IMG/VR virus record: IMGVR_UViG_3300038361_000164
Coordinates: 146,264 to 210,263 of that record
Direction: 5' to 3' (one strand)
DNA: 64,000 bases
The translations under genes were made by a program, and so were the position numbers. Of the stretch, positions 1 through 12,370 are shown piece after piece (the first letter of the stretch is position 1; each line of letters opens with the position of its first letter). The notes under the pieces are model-generated. The model did not search any database. It was given only the letters and a program-made list of their open reading frames with translations, and was not told where the DNA came from.

Positions 1-883
1 ATATTGGAGCCTCATCAAATATTTCATATACCTTTCCTTTAATTTCTTTAAACCTATCGGTAAGGCCTTTTTTAGTAAGTTTAACCCAATCATAGAATTC
101 ATCTGGTACGTTATTTAGGATTTCATTGAACTCAGTGCCATCTCGTAAATATTCCCAAATGAGCCTACTAGTAACTCCAGTTAATATTCTGTGCAATCTA
201 ACATATTCCTCAAATTTGATCTTCATCATGAAGTTGTTAGAAAATCGTATAACATATCCTTCTTTGTTACTAAAGTTTTGATTCTTTAAAGTTTGGAAGT
301 CTGTATATTTATACTCTTTAGCGTGGTCAAATCCTTGTCCCCAAATACTTTTAAAGTCCCCAGTTTCGTTGTGTACCTTAGCTAACAACACTATATCGTC
401 TTTACCTTCGTACGTTATGACAATTCTATTTTCTGGATAAATTATTTCAAAAAGATATGTTGTTTCTCTGTTGAAGGTTTTCCATAGATGTCGGTGTCTT
501 GTATGTAGAAGTCTAGTTGCATGCATAGCTTGTTCAGAATTAAAACTACCCCTTGTGGCTATAAATGGGGTATTTCCGATCCAGTACATGATGCCTAGAG
601 AGCCATCTAACTTTTCTAATATGGTGTAGGACAAATTCGGTATTTCTTCTGCCGTATGCTCTTCCATATTAAAAAATTTAGGGAAAGGTCTAGATACGGT
701 ATTATAATCTTTATCTAATATCAATCCTCTGGCTATTCTAGTACATTCATTCCAGATACCTTCATACTGTGCTGATTTACTATAATTATATAGCCACAAA
801 TCCGCTGTTGGATGTTTTTGTACATTTATATATTTCTTATGTACCATGTCCAACAATAATACTACATTAATCTTCGTAGTCAT
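1..883 (-). CDS. T4 Rnl1/RnlA-type RNA ligase (runs off the window; start approximate)
   Basis: Manual translation: ...VQKHPTADLWLYNYS...ARGLILD...RPFPKFFN...EKLDGSLG...ATRGSF (KxDG motif I). Absent from the ORF track because it is truncated. Confidence 0.85.
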   Translation of the reverse strand, partial: MTTKINVVLLLDMVHKKYINVQKHPTADLWLYNYSKSAQYEGIWNECTRIARGLILDKDYNTVSRPFPKFFNMEEHTAEEIPNLSYTILEKLDGSLGIMYWIGNTPFIATRGSFNSEQAMHATRLLHTRHRHLWKTFNRETTYLFEIIYPENRIVITYEGKDDIVLLAKVHNETGDFKSIWGQGFDHAKEYKYTDFQTLKNQNFSNKEGYVIRFSNNFMMKIKFEEYVRLHRILTGVTSRLIWEYLRDGTEFNEILNNVPDEFYDWVKLTKKGLTDRFKEIKGKVYEIFDEAPI

Positions 884-2180
884 CATCATATGTTCTCTTA
901 AAACACAGGTACCAAAAGTATCCTGGGTATAAGTAGCATTTAACAAATTCTTCTTTTGTGTTTACAATGTCGTTAAGAGAATCTGAATACGAATCATTTG
1001 TAAATGTTTTAGCTAAAATAATGATATAATATGCTAATAAAAACATGATTCCTACTATGATTAAAAATATGAAAAAGCCGTGCATAGTGCTCCTTTCTTA
1101 AAGTTTTCCTTTTTTTACGCCCTCTTTTACTTGTGCTTCAGTTATGAAAAAGAAGGGCATTTTTTTAGAATTCATAACTGTCTCATAATTTGGTTTCATA
1201 CCAAACTGTCGTTCAAGTTGAGACTCTATTTGTCTGTACATAAAAGCTGCGCTTGGGCTATACATAAGATCTATATCTAACATAATGTCCCAAGTTTTGT
1301 ACTTATCGCGTCCCTCGTATCGAACCATTTTTGTCATAGTGGTAAGTTGGTTATGATTTTAAGAGTTTCTGTAGTTACTTTTCCGAAGTATGCTTTCACT
1401 GTTAAGCTTCCATCTGTGAGGTCATACCAAGACTCTGGAATCCCCCTAAGAGTATGAGTCAAATCGTATACTGTATTCTTTCCTGCTTTGCAGTATAGAA
1501 AAGACTCTCTTCGATCTCCTGGTGTTTCGATTTTAAAAGCCGTTCCAGGAGCTAAACTGTCGATCAACTCAAACCCTGTTAATTCTGATTGTGCCATCTA
1601 TTCGTCTCCTATTAAGTCAGCCCAATCGCTTTCAAATATATCATCATTTTCTTTGTAATCCTTCTCAATACGATCCACTACTTCACCACGGATACTACCC
1701 TCGTCCATATGATCATAAGCCTTTTGTGCTAAACGCTCTCTGTTTTCTTCAGTATTTTTAGTATGTTCGGGTTCAGGTCCCGTAATAAACAGTTTTAAGG
1801 TGCGGCCGTCATCTTGAATGTCTGTAGTTATTACAAACTTCTTCTTTGTCCAAAGAACATACTCTCTGCCAGGCGGATCGCCAGTACAGTGATTGATTAC
1901 TTCCAACCTGTTAAAGTCTGTCATTGTTTTTGGAATCTGTTCTGTGTTGCTCATTTTAGTTTCCTGGTTATATGCCGTGTGTGAATTCCGATTCAAGTTC
2001 TTCGAAATCCATTTCTTCCAGCTCTGTGATTTTTTTTGCTCTTAAATAGTCTAAAGCTATTTCTATAATGTCTTCTTTCTTTACAAGTAATTCGCCGTGA
2101 TCATTTACAATGTTGATTAGATCTGGGCTTTTCTTCATAACTATGAAAGAAGTATTTCCCGATTTCGAAGTATAGGACAT
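867..2180 (-). CDS. Five short hypothetical proteins (867-1085, 1098-1337, 1334-1597, 1598-1996, 1968-2180)
   Basis: Tightly packed co-oriented ORFs with overlapping start/stop codons; no recognisable motifs. Confidence 0.6.
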
Positions 2181-2764
2181 TATAGCATCTCAAGTTTGCC
2201 TATGGCATAGTTTAATACACGAGAAGATATATCATCTCCCTGTGCACGTTGTGAATGTAAAAACTCCATCAACTCATTTTCTTCTACCATAAACGATGTA
2301 ATATCTTCCAAGGCTCCTAACTTTTGAGTGCCCTTTGCGAGAGGATTTAAAGTTCCCACTGCTGTGTATACTTTTTCCGCAGACATACCAGCACTACTTA
2401 GGGCTTCTCCATACATAAAAAGACGTTTCTTGATTATATATCCTGTTTCCTCTTCCACTTCTCTGGCAATAGCCTGTGCTGGTGTCTCGCCTTTGTCAAC
2501 CATGCCGGCAGGAAATTCTATTACATAATTTTCTACTGAAGGTCTCCATTGACGAATTAATAACAGTTTATCATATTCACATCCGTTGGTATTGACCATT
2601 TTAAATATACCAACTACACCTTCTTGCTGCTTGGCTCGCTCTACAATTTCCCAATCAGATATTTTTTTTTGTCCCATAATTACTAACTGCTTAGACACAA
2701 CTTTTAAATATAGTCCCTCATACAGTGTTATTCGGTCCTGCACCTGTATCCTTTTATTGCTCAT
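2180..2764 (-). CDS. Nudix hydrolase (ADP-ribose pyrophosphatase-like)
   Basis: Nudix box GMVDKGETPAQAIAREVEEETGY preceded by QWRP...EFPAG. Confidence 0.9.
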   Translation of the reverse strand: MSNKRIQVQDRITLYEGLYLKVVSKQLVIMGQKKISDWEIVERAKQQEGVVGIFKMVNTNGCEYDKLLLIRQWRPSVENYVIEFPAGMVDKGETPAQAIAREVEEETGYIIKKRLFMYGEALSSAGMSAEKVYTAVGTLNPLAKGTQKLGALEDITSFMVEENELMEFLHSQRAQGDDISSRVLNYAIGKLEML

Positions 2765-2773
2765 TTCGTTCCT

Positions 2774-3361
2774 TTATGGTATATATAGGTTAATTGGATT
2801 GTTTTTGTGTATGTCCACATCCCATCCAAACTCATTAAATTGTTGTATATCAAAGGGATGTGTAATAATATGAAATCCGTTCTTTGTTGGAAGCGTCATT
2901 ATTATTTTATCACCATCTGGTCTACACTCATTGATTGAAGCTCTCATTGTGTCAAGTAAATCTTGACCTATTGTTGGGTTATCGACATCTATAATCCATG
3001 TTTTTAGTTTGGCATTGTGGGTTTGTCCACATGCTTTACTATATGAATTTGATATGGCCTGGCAATTACCGCTGTCCATTGTATTTGCTATATTCTGCAA
3101 GGTTTTTAAGGCCACTCTTCTATAGCTACGTTTGTTTAGACAGATCATTGCCCTTGCATTAAAAATGTCAGATAATTGTTTAATTTCTTCCCACTTTTTG
3201 TCAAGGTATTCAAGACTTCGAATGTAGTATATTTTAATTACCCTACTGTTGGAGCTTAGGTTTTCATTTTCTTTGCTTCTTTGTATGATTTGCAAAAAAT
3301 AGAAATCATCGTCCGATTCGAAAGTAAGTAAAGGTCTGATTTGTTCTAATACATTAATCAT
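2774..3361 (-). CDS. Conserved phage protein, possibly primase-polymerase (AEP)-like fold
   Basis: WIIDVD and TKNGFHII motifs resemble AEP DxD and GxH motifs; inference. Confidence 0.4.
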   Translation of the reverse strand: MINVLEQIRPLLTFESDDDFYFLQIIQRSKENENLSSNSRVIKIYYIRSLEYLDKKWEEIKQLSDIFNARAMICLNKRSYRRVALKTLQNIANTMDSGNCQAISNSYSKACGQTHNAKLKTWIIDVDNPTIGQDLLDTMRASINECRPDGDKIIMTLPTKNGFHIITHPFDIQQFNEFGWDVDIHKNNPINLYIP

Positions 3362-3989
3362 CTTCGCTCTCCGTCTCTTTCCAAGTTATGGTCCCTATGT
3401 CGGCGCGCAGTCTCCCTTCGTAAGCTCCTTCAACCATTACTAGATCTTGTATTTTATCTAATAACTGAAAGGCAAGGTCTGCTTTGTCGTGGGGATCCTC
3501 ACTGTATATGTTAATTTGTAAGTTCATAATGGTATCACTCTTGATATGTCTTGAGCTGTTCTTGTAATTGAGATAACATCGTGTATATCCATACATTTAG
3601 CGAGCATACCCATTTGTATAAGAGCTTTTCCCATTTCTGTTAATAACTCCTCGTAAATCATTGTGATGTCGAAAAGGAATCTTTGGCCGTTTAGTCCGTC
3701 GAAAACCACAGTTCCTTCCTCTAACATATGCTCATAGTTGGTTTGTCTGTTAAATTTAAGTCCCAACAGGTGTCCTGTTTCTATAATTGATTCTACTGTC
3801 AGTGGTTCTCTAGTCATAATACTCCTCAAATCGTTTTTTCTGTTCCTCTGTGAGATCGTCGCCAATCCAATCTAAGATGCCTAAATTCTTATCAATATCC
3901 CACTGTTCTTGGGCACTTAGTTTGAAATAATTTTTAGGTCTCTTGAAGGACTCTTCATACATTTGTTGTTCTGTCATTATTTCTTTCCT

Positions 3990-4544
3990 TTAATTTTTCT
4001 GATATAATTTAACTACCTCAGAAGGTACCAGTTTATCTAACTGTTTCCAAGCTAGTATTAATGTAGGATTCGTTTCCTCTTTACGCAGATTAGTATAGAA
4101 CTCTGAAGATTCTTTTTGATACATTTTATATTTGTGAATACTATGATGTATGCTGAAATTTATGTTAGCTATTCGATCGCAAATCTTAACAAGTAAAGAT
4201 ATGTCATGATATTTACTTGTCTGGATTTTCTTATACATAACATCTTTTCGCTCTTTTCGAGTTTTACCAACACCGTCAGTCACATCAAATACAATACATG
4301 CTACTGTTTCTCCAAATTCGTTTTCTAGTTGAGAATACTTCAAATCAGTATCTTCAAGAATATCGTGTAATATACAGCCCATAATAAAGCGTTGTTCATT
4401 CTTAGGGTGCATTTCCGCTTTTCTAATCATAAACGAAGCTGTAGTAACTACAAGCTTTAAATGATAAGTATAGGGAAATATGTCATATCTCTGTCCATGA
4501 TGTGCTGCTTCTGCAACTAACCATGCTTTTTCTATTTGTCCCAT
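3990..4544 (-). CDS. HD-domain hydrolase of the RelA/SpoT hydrolase (Mesh1/SAH-like) type
   Basis: AHHGQRY..PY..H, LHDILEDT, VKICDRIAN. Confidence 0.8.
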   Translation of the reverse strand: MGQIEKAWLVAEAAHHGQRYDIFPYTYHLKLVVTTASFMIRKAEMHPKNEQRFIMGCILHDILEDTDLKYSQLENEFGETVACIVFDVTDGVGKTRKERKDVMYKKIQTSKYHDISLLVKICDRIANINFSIHHSIHKYKMYQKESSEFYTNLRKEETNPTLILAWKQLDKLVPSEVVKLYQKN

Positions 4545-4996
4545 TATATTGTCTCCGCTATGTCATATATCATATGAGCGTAGTTTGCGATGTCTGTACA
4601 TTCCTTTCTTATCTGTTCAAGTTTGTTTTTAGTCTTTCCCGCTTCAAGAATTTCGCGAAGCTCGCCAAGTTCACCTTCAAGCTGCTCAAACAAATACCAA
4701 TGACTACATTCTTCCCATCCACCTTTACGGTCGTTTTCTTTTAAGATTTCCTCCATCGCATATGCAAATTTAAATACTGATGGTCGGACTCCGCTGGCAA
4801 GAATGTCTGCAGTTCTTATTTCTGGCGCCGTTTGTGTTTGTGTTTGTGAGGGCTTGTTTAGTGTTTGAATATAATGTCTGTTCGGAGTATCATAATACCC
4901 TTTATCCCATTTTATAATATAGAATTCTCCTTTTTCCGTATCATAATATACTCCGTTATCATGATCCGCCATCATTCCTTCTGGTAAGTTTTTCAT
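4544..4996 (-). CDS. Protein with C-terminal MazG-like all-alpha NTP pyrophosphatase domain
   Basis: EGELGELREIL...KECTDIANYAHM (ExxE...ExxD pattern). Confidence 0.5.
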   Translation of the reverse strand: MKNLPEGMMADHDNGVYYDTEKGEFYIIKWDKGYYDTPNRHYIQTLNKPSQTQTQTAPEIRTADILASGVRPSVFKFAYAMEEILKENDRKGGWEECSHWYLFEQLEGELGELREILEAGKTKNKLEQIRKECTDIANYAHMIYDIAETI

Positions 4997-5169
4997 TGTT
5001 TCTTTTGGTTAAATGTCGTACATATCCTGAGGTGGATACTTTTGTTCTTCTATTATTTGATTGATCTTCTTATTAAGAAGCTTTTTTGTTTCTGTTGGAT
5101 TATCACTAACTATTCCTTCCTTAACTATAGTAACAATTTCCATTAGATGTGAATCGTCTAGTTTTATTT

Positions 5170-8100
5170 TCATTTGGTTTTCCTTGTGAATTTGAAGTAG
5201 CTCCAGAAGGTACTTTTCGGTTTGTCGTTTCCCGCTTTCAGTGGTTTGTCAAGATCTAGATTGACATTAACTGTTTTCGGCACATACCTACCTATTGTAG
5301 CTATTGGAAGTATCGTCCTTCCGTCTAGCTGTTCATCTATTTGTAAACAATTTGCGGGTTCTGATATAAAATGTGCTACTCCGTGTGAATCGTATCCTAA
5401 GATTATTTTTTTACCCTCTTTGTTATTACAAATAAGAGCTCCTATCGTTAGGTTGCGTTTTTCTAGGTCCGCTGCGATAGCATCGTGGGTTTCTCTATAC
5501 TTTTGAATATTCTTTTCGTCTATAAGCTTCTGATTTGCTTTTTTAAGAATCTGATTGTCGAAGTATAAAGATTCCAGTAGAGGTTTTATAGTACGCTCAA
5601 GCTCATACCCTAATAAATTGTGTTTTGCTGGACGCGTCAGCTGTGGACGCGCGTCGAAGTACTCATCGATGAATTTTGTTAAGTCATTATCTGTCATGAT
5701 GTTTTTCCTTTCTGTTTGTTTGGCCATTTACTTAAAAAGAATGGTTTCCTCGATCGTACTCCTTTTATTGGTCTTTTATGTGCATCAATAAAAACTTTCG
5801 CATCATTTACTGTTACACCATGAAAGGTGTAACTTTCAAGATCATCTTCTATTTTTCGTATATATGCCAATTGTTTGGCTGTGGCTAAGTTTTCTTGTCT
5901 CATGGTGTTCTCCTTTCTTCTGTTATATCGATTGATTCTTTTCTTCGATCTGAGTATTCAACAAATCGTGAGGTTAAAGAAACGGTATTGTTATGTGTAT
6001 TATTTACATAAATGTAGTTCCAACCATTGGGAACTCTGTGTACAGTGACACGTAAAATTGCAATATCTTCTACAATAGGTGCCAATGTAGTACTTTCATG
6101 TAATTCTAAGGCCCATATGTCTTTCATAGTTCAGTCTCCTTTGTAATTATAGAAAATAATCCAAAACTAATGGCTATAAGGCTGCACAACAGCCCTAAAC
6201 CGCTTATATCCCAAACAAATAAATACCACCACGATGCAGCTATAAATGTCCAGGCAGATAATATATATCTTTTCTTTTTAGTTAACACAGCTACACTCCT
6301 GCGGCGGGAATACGCACTCTGTAAGTATCCAACGGTCGTCTAGTACTGGTATTCCACCAAGCCCGACACAAGCATCAATGGCTTGTTGTGGTCTACTGGC
6401 TAAGGGTTCTCCTGTTAGTGGATCTGTCTCTGCACATCGTGTGCTAAGTCCTACGAGAAGGAGGCATATTGTTATTGTCCATATTAATCTAGTTTGTTGG
6501 CTATAGTTCATATTAAGGTTCCTTATGTTGTACAACAGTTCTTAAACGGTTGAGTGATTCTTGTGGTGTATGTCCGTCATATTCAAATGCTACTTTATCC
6601 AGCTCAGGTATGTTAAACAAATACCAATGTTTCATTTCATAGTGATTAGAAATTTGTCCTTCTGGCAGTAGTGCCACTACAACAAACCAGTTTGAGCTTC
6701 CAAAACATTTTTCGCCATCGTGATGTCTTTTAGACTTGTGAACATGATACTTCTTTTGTGTGGCCCATTCATTAAACAATGCTGCGTTATACATCATCCG
6801 ATATTCATATAACTCGTTAAAAGTATGTAGTCCGTCTGAAACATCTCCCGGCATAGTATCGACGGGTAACACAATATCATATCCTAATACCACATTTGTT
6901 TTACTCATTATTTTGTTTTCTTTCTTTTTTTTAGTGTATTTGATTACAAAGTCTTCTGTCTTTTAAGCTTAGTAGTTTTCTCACTACGGGGCACATGAAT
7001 TCTAAACATACCCAGCTTCTCAATCTATATGGTAATGAGCATCCACCTTTTCTCCAAAACCCTACTTCTTGCTTAAATAACTTTTTATATATCTGTTTAT
7101 CGTAGTAAGTAGGTTTATGGCTGATGTATCCTTTATGTGCATAACATAGCTGACAACATCCTTTTTCCAAGTTCTCAGGATTCTTTGTTGTGGCGACTTT
7201 AATGTATGGAAAAGCATCTTGAAACTTATCAGATCGAGAATATGCACATCCTGTTTGATCTACGTTGCAAGGAAAATTTATAGTTTTAACATCCTTAGCT
7301 GTTTGATTATGTTCTTTGGTAAGTACTTTGCTACGTGTCTCGTGTTTCTTAAAATGCTCTGTTAACATTTCTTCAGGTGTCATGTGTCTTGCGTTTGATA
7401 TTTGCATTTGTTAGAAGATTTCTATTACATAGTCTTTGGGAAGTATTATCAAGGGTGTCCCTACAGGAAGTCCTTCATAGTGGTATTGTTGGATTAAGAT
7501 AGGGACTGTGGCTTCTTCCAAGTGTACAACGTGGACGTCCCAAGAATTAGCGAGATCGTTTAGATTAAAAGCCTCTCCTTTATCAGAAACACTAGTTAAG
7601 TGATATTCTCCATCATTATCGATTTTAATATCGTTGATGGTGTATACTACTTCGTAGAGGGGAGGTTGTTCAAATGTAGCTCCTAAATACCCTATCCAAC
7701 ACAGTTCTGCAGCTACAAGAAGGAGAATAGTGCTGTAAAAAATATTACTGATAATATGTCTTTTTCTTTCTTTTTTCATTATTTAGTTTCTTTCTAGTTT
7801 TTTGTTAAAGTCAGTGGAATAATATGTACCTCTTTCCTCTGCGCCGAACTGGGGTTTTATATTGAAAGAGTATAAATTACCTCCAAACCTTTGTACTACT
7901 TTATAGTGCTTCTGTAGGCTCTTCATACTTCTTGTGCGTGAATCTCTTCTCGGGTTTTTTTGATATTAGCAAGGAGTCTTTCTTGTAGAGTTTGAAGAAG
8001 TGAGTCCTTTTCTTTGCCAATAACAGTTACTGGCGGTATATTACTACCATCGTGTTTGTCTATGATCTCCAAATAGTCTCGTGTTTTGAGTTTGCTAATT

Positions 8101-8981
8101 GTGTTAAGATCCTGTAGATCCTTGGCTAAGCTTTCAGCTAAGATCTGTAAGTTCTTTAGTGTATTTGTTTCGGTCATTAGAATATTCCTCTTTCTATTAG
8201 TTTTGTTAAAAGTTCGTCACCGGCAAGTACTTGCTCTTTCAGCATTACTTCATGTGCCGAATAAGTACCTGGAGGTGTTGGAACAGAATCTGCAAAGTGT
8301 TGTCCATTACGCCAGTATTGATTCAGGTCAGGTGTCTCATACCACAAAGTATCTGCTTCTTGCATACTAGGTTGTGCTGATACAAATTTTGTGTCACATG
8401 TCCAAATTTCTAGATTAGGGTAACAAGATTTATCTCCCACGGCATTCTTCAGCATTTTTAGACAGTTTTCCACACTGTCCATAATAAATAACTTTGAATA
8501 CTTTATTTTTGGCTGTATCCACTCATCTTTAATGTATTCTAGAGATGTGCCATATTTAATATTACGTCTAGTTGTGAACATGTTCATGGAGAATAGTCTA
8601 TCTTTATAGATGTCTCGATTGGATCTTTTCACTACCTTATAATAAGGAGGTGGATCGGGAGTACGTGGTTTGGCAGATGCAAATATTGGAGTTCCAGTAT
8701 TACGTTTCATATTATAATTCCTTAATCTCTTTCAGTGTTTTGTCCACCTTATTCTCATAAAATATACGTAGGTAGTTAAGAAGGCCGGCTTGTACATCTT
8801 TGTCTGTAATTGTTAAATGGTGATTTTCATCTGCATTTGATAAATGTAGTTTGCCTGTTTCGAATTGTTCTAGTTTTATCACAGATTGCAGTTTCCAAAT
8901 ACTCTTTTCCAGAGTTGAGGTATGCTTTATTAAGTTGTCAAGCTTATTAGCTTGCTCTTTGTTTGTTTGAGATTCGCTCAT
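5170..8981 (-). CDS. Cluster of short early hypothetical genes, including 6513-6908 (SDGLHTFNELY, WDGH-like family) and Cys-rich 6931-7407
   Basis: Contiguous co-oriented ORFs with TAATG/ATGA overlaps. Confidence 0.6.
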
Positions 8982-9637
8982 AATTTTTCTTTCCTTAATA
9001 GTAAGACTACTTTTTACGAACTATCACTTGTTTATCGACAAGGTTCAGCTCTGCTGTGTATTCTTTAGGTGAATACTGTTTTTTTAACTCTGCTACCTTA
9101 ATTGGATCCGCCATCCATTTATACATAGAGGTTTCGGATTCAAACTGCTTAGCTATTATTGGTTTTGGCATGATTTGTTGGGTCCTTGTATTGTTAGTAT
9201 TTGTTTAAAAGTGGCGATTATCTACATAGGTGTTTTCTCTATTACTGACAAAATGTCTGTAGAAGTCTGCCACGAAATACGGGGTTTGGTGTTGGTTTTT
9301 GGCTGTTTTTTGTCGATTCTGCAAATTTTCGGTTCGATTTTGATCAATTTTTGACGATTTTGATCCAAAATTTTGGGGACTTTATAAGATTTGGGAAACA
9401 TTAAAGGCCAGAGTTTGGAGATTTGGGTCTATTTCATATATGAATGCGGTCTATGTATGGGCTAAAAAACGAGAAAAAAAGTGCGTTTTTTGCTCAAAAT
9501 GAAGTTGGTTTTGAACAGAATTGCTCAAAAAGGGCCAAAAACGGAAGGCAAAGTGCCGATTTCTCGAAAATTATTTGTTTAAAGTACCAGTGATGAAATA
9601 ATATGTACGTGGTAGGAACGTTGTTTTTGCTTACAAG

Positions 9638-9875
9638 GTTTACAAGGGCTTGTAAAGTAATAAATACTATTAATATTAAGTACTTACTTAGGTAGTTTAC
9701 AAACTTACAAGAAATTTAGCCAGGCGTCTAGCTTGAGCGTTTTAGCTTTTTATGTTTTTCGTTTTCTGAGTTGGCTCAGAAGTAGTTGCATGTGTTGTTT
9801 TCTTGTAAATTTGTAAACTGTTTGGATAAGTGCTTGTTATTAATGCGGGATATCGGTTTACAAAGGCTTGTAAAC
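9638..9875. repeat. Imperfect 77-bp inverted repeat built of TTACAA/TTGTAA units; candidate replication origin
   Basis: Arms 9638-9714 and 9799-9875 are reverse complements with scattered mismatches, in a gene-free ~800-bp region with A/T tracts at ~9290-9570. Confidence 0.6.
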
Positions 9876-9952
9876 TTAGAGGTAGCTTGTAAACCTATAT
9901 ATTTTTTTATGCTATGATTAATATAATTGCAATTTACTGGCACTACACTGCA

Positions 9953-11351
9953 CTACGCTGTGTTGCTTTGGAGTACTGCTTTGCGTATACTGTGCATTGA
10001 TATTACTATTCCACACATTTGTCTGATATCTTTTTGCACTATCTCTGTATCTGACGAGCCTGGATAGATATTAAGAGGATCGCCAAGAAGTGCTATTGTA
10101 TTGTTGCATGACTCTGTGCAAGCTTCTATTATATCTTCATGGTCCTCTTCACTGTGCACATTTACTGCTAATTTTGTTAGAGTATCGTATGTTTCCCGTA
10201 AATAGGTTATTGTTTCGTCTTTGTTATTAGCTTCAAAGCTAAGAACGTTTTCTCCTATTTCTTTAATTTGAGCTACTTGTTCGTCTATTAAATTCGGCAT
10301 ATGTGTTTCTTTCTTGATTAGTTTGATGTGGTCAAAGACTCTTACTTCGAATCCCATTTCTGAGGGGTCTGTGTTTTTCATCAGATACTCCTTATTTCGT
10401 TATTACAACCGTCTCCAATATTGGTGAGGTATTGATCTAGAGTATGTAAGAATTCTGGAAATCGTTTCTTATTTATGTGAATGGTTTTATCTAAATAATC
10501 ATGACCACTGTTTCCAGGCTGGTCAGCTTTAATATAGATCTTAATAGAGACTGTGGATTTATCCTTTAGTAGCTTGGCTATTTTTCTTTTTTGTACTCTA
10601 GTCTCTTCTTGTTCTTCCACAAGATTAAATACTGTGAGAGCATCTTTCATTTCCATTTGGTTATTCCTTTTTAAGTATGTCTTGTGTTAATAGTTTTGAT
10701 AGGAGCTCAATTTGTTCATCTAAATACTCCTTTGTCTGATTTTCAAAGAAGGTTAACAGCTGCTCGGCAGCTCCGGTGGCCATAATCTCTAACTGGTTTG
10801 TTTCACTGAAGATTATTAGTCCCTTAATTCCTTCATCTTTGACTCTTTTACATTGTTTTATTGTGCCGGCGGCGTGAGCCATACGGTCAGTGATCTTTTC
10901 TCGTTGTTCGTAAGTAGGGTCAGCCATTACTCAGCTATCTTTAATGAGATTTCTAACTCAATAGGGATATGAGAGGCCAGTTCACGGTTGGCAATCTGTT
11001 TTTCGTCTTGATTTACTAGAAATTGTGTGTCAGAGACGTGTTCATGAAATTCTTCCAGTATATTGGACATTATTTCTTCTACATCAGCTATTTCAGGTAT
11101 TAAAATACTTATATTCTTCGAGTCAGGCATATTATATCCTTTTTAAGTTAAAATTAATTAAATGCGCCTTCCACCAAGGCGTTAGAGAGTTCCGCAGTAG
11201 TAATGTCATGTTCTTCTAATTGCTTTCTGAATCTAGAGAGATATATCTTTAGGGCCATCTTGGCTGTATCAGGCTTTTTCGCGTTCATGAGTATCTTTTT
11301 TACGTTCCTTTCTTGCTCTGGTGTTAATAGTGAGCTATTTTCAGTTTGCAT
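9953..11351 (-). CDS. Five short hypothetical proteins
   Basis: Packed ORFs 9953-10381, 10381-10656, 10661-10927, 10927-11130, 11154-11351. Confidence 0.6.
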
Positions 11352-11379
11352 TTGTTTGTTGGTTGTTTGTTATTGAAAT

Positions 11380-12100
11380 ACGGCTTAGATGACTGGGGTC
11401 ACCAGTCACCTAAGGAGCGATGAAACGGGGTAGGAATTGCGCCGCGATAAACAGTTGAGTTAATTAAATTCATCTGGTAGCTACATTTACCTCTAGTTTT
11501 GCCCATCTCAATTCTAAAAATCTGTCCTGGTAGTTAATTCTACTGATTTATTCACCCAATTTCAGGGATGGTCAAGACGATAACGCCTTGGCTGGTGGTT
11601 CAGCTAATCTATACGCCCTTTAGGACGGTCAGGAAGTGTGCTTACAGTCTTCAAGCGCTGTAAGTTTATTTTTATGTGATCGTCGGGGTGTTCTTGAAGA
11701 GAACAACACTTGCCTCCCACATAATTAGTTGCCCGTCTCTGGAAAGCGGGCTAGTTATATCTCCAAGATTAGTCCAGAACCATCTTGGCGCATTGTAATG
11801 CTACTGAACCAATTGTTGCATTTGTATTGTGTTTGCGTTTCTTCGGAATTTTGTTACTCTCGCCCTGAACCTGCCATTCATCTAATTGATGACTTAACAG
11901 GGGAGCGCATAACGATGTTCCAAACTCCTGGCCTAGAGTACCTCATTTTCAGCTTATGATATAAGACTCGTCAATTGTGCACAAAAGACAAGGGTTAACC
12001 TTATAACGTTGCTTTATAGAGTTTTTGTATGATTCGCAGCATACTACGAAGCGTGAGCTGCATATTAATGAATTTCTTGGGAAAGAAACACTTACACAAA
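11380..12100 (-). ncRNA. Candidate large structured non-coding RNA
   Basis: No credible ORF, higher GC than flanks, many hairpins (e.g. 11384-11414, 11641-11664, 11731-11751, 11763-11788); lies downstream of the promoter motif at 12234. Confidence 0.45.
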
Positions 12101-12102
12101 TT

Positions 12103-12181
12103 TGGGCTCCAAGTAGGGACGAACCTACACATATCTAGAGTACGCAGCTCGACGTGTCTAACACGTCGGAAGCATTGGAGC
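12103..12181 (-). tRNA. Aberrant tRNA-like element with CUA anticodon loop
   Basis: GCTCCAA/TTGGAGC acceptor, enlarged D hairpin, GCGTA-CTCTAGA-TATGT anticodon arm, no variable loop, GTAGG-TTCGTC-CCTAC T arm, 3' CCA. Confidence 0.5.
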
Positions 12182-12370
12182 ATTGAAATGTTGGGGTATA
12201 TTTATGAAATACACGCTAAGGTGTTATTCACTATTCTTATACCCAATTTCCTGAGTATTACAGGGTTCCATCTGATTTGCAACGTATCCTGCGGTAATAG
12301 ATAATATAATTACTAGGATCATGTGACCTATAAATCTACACGTAGCATCTTTCATATCAATCCTTTCTAA

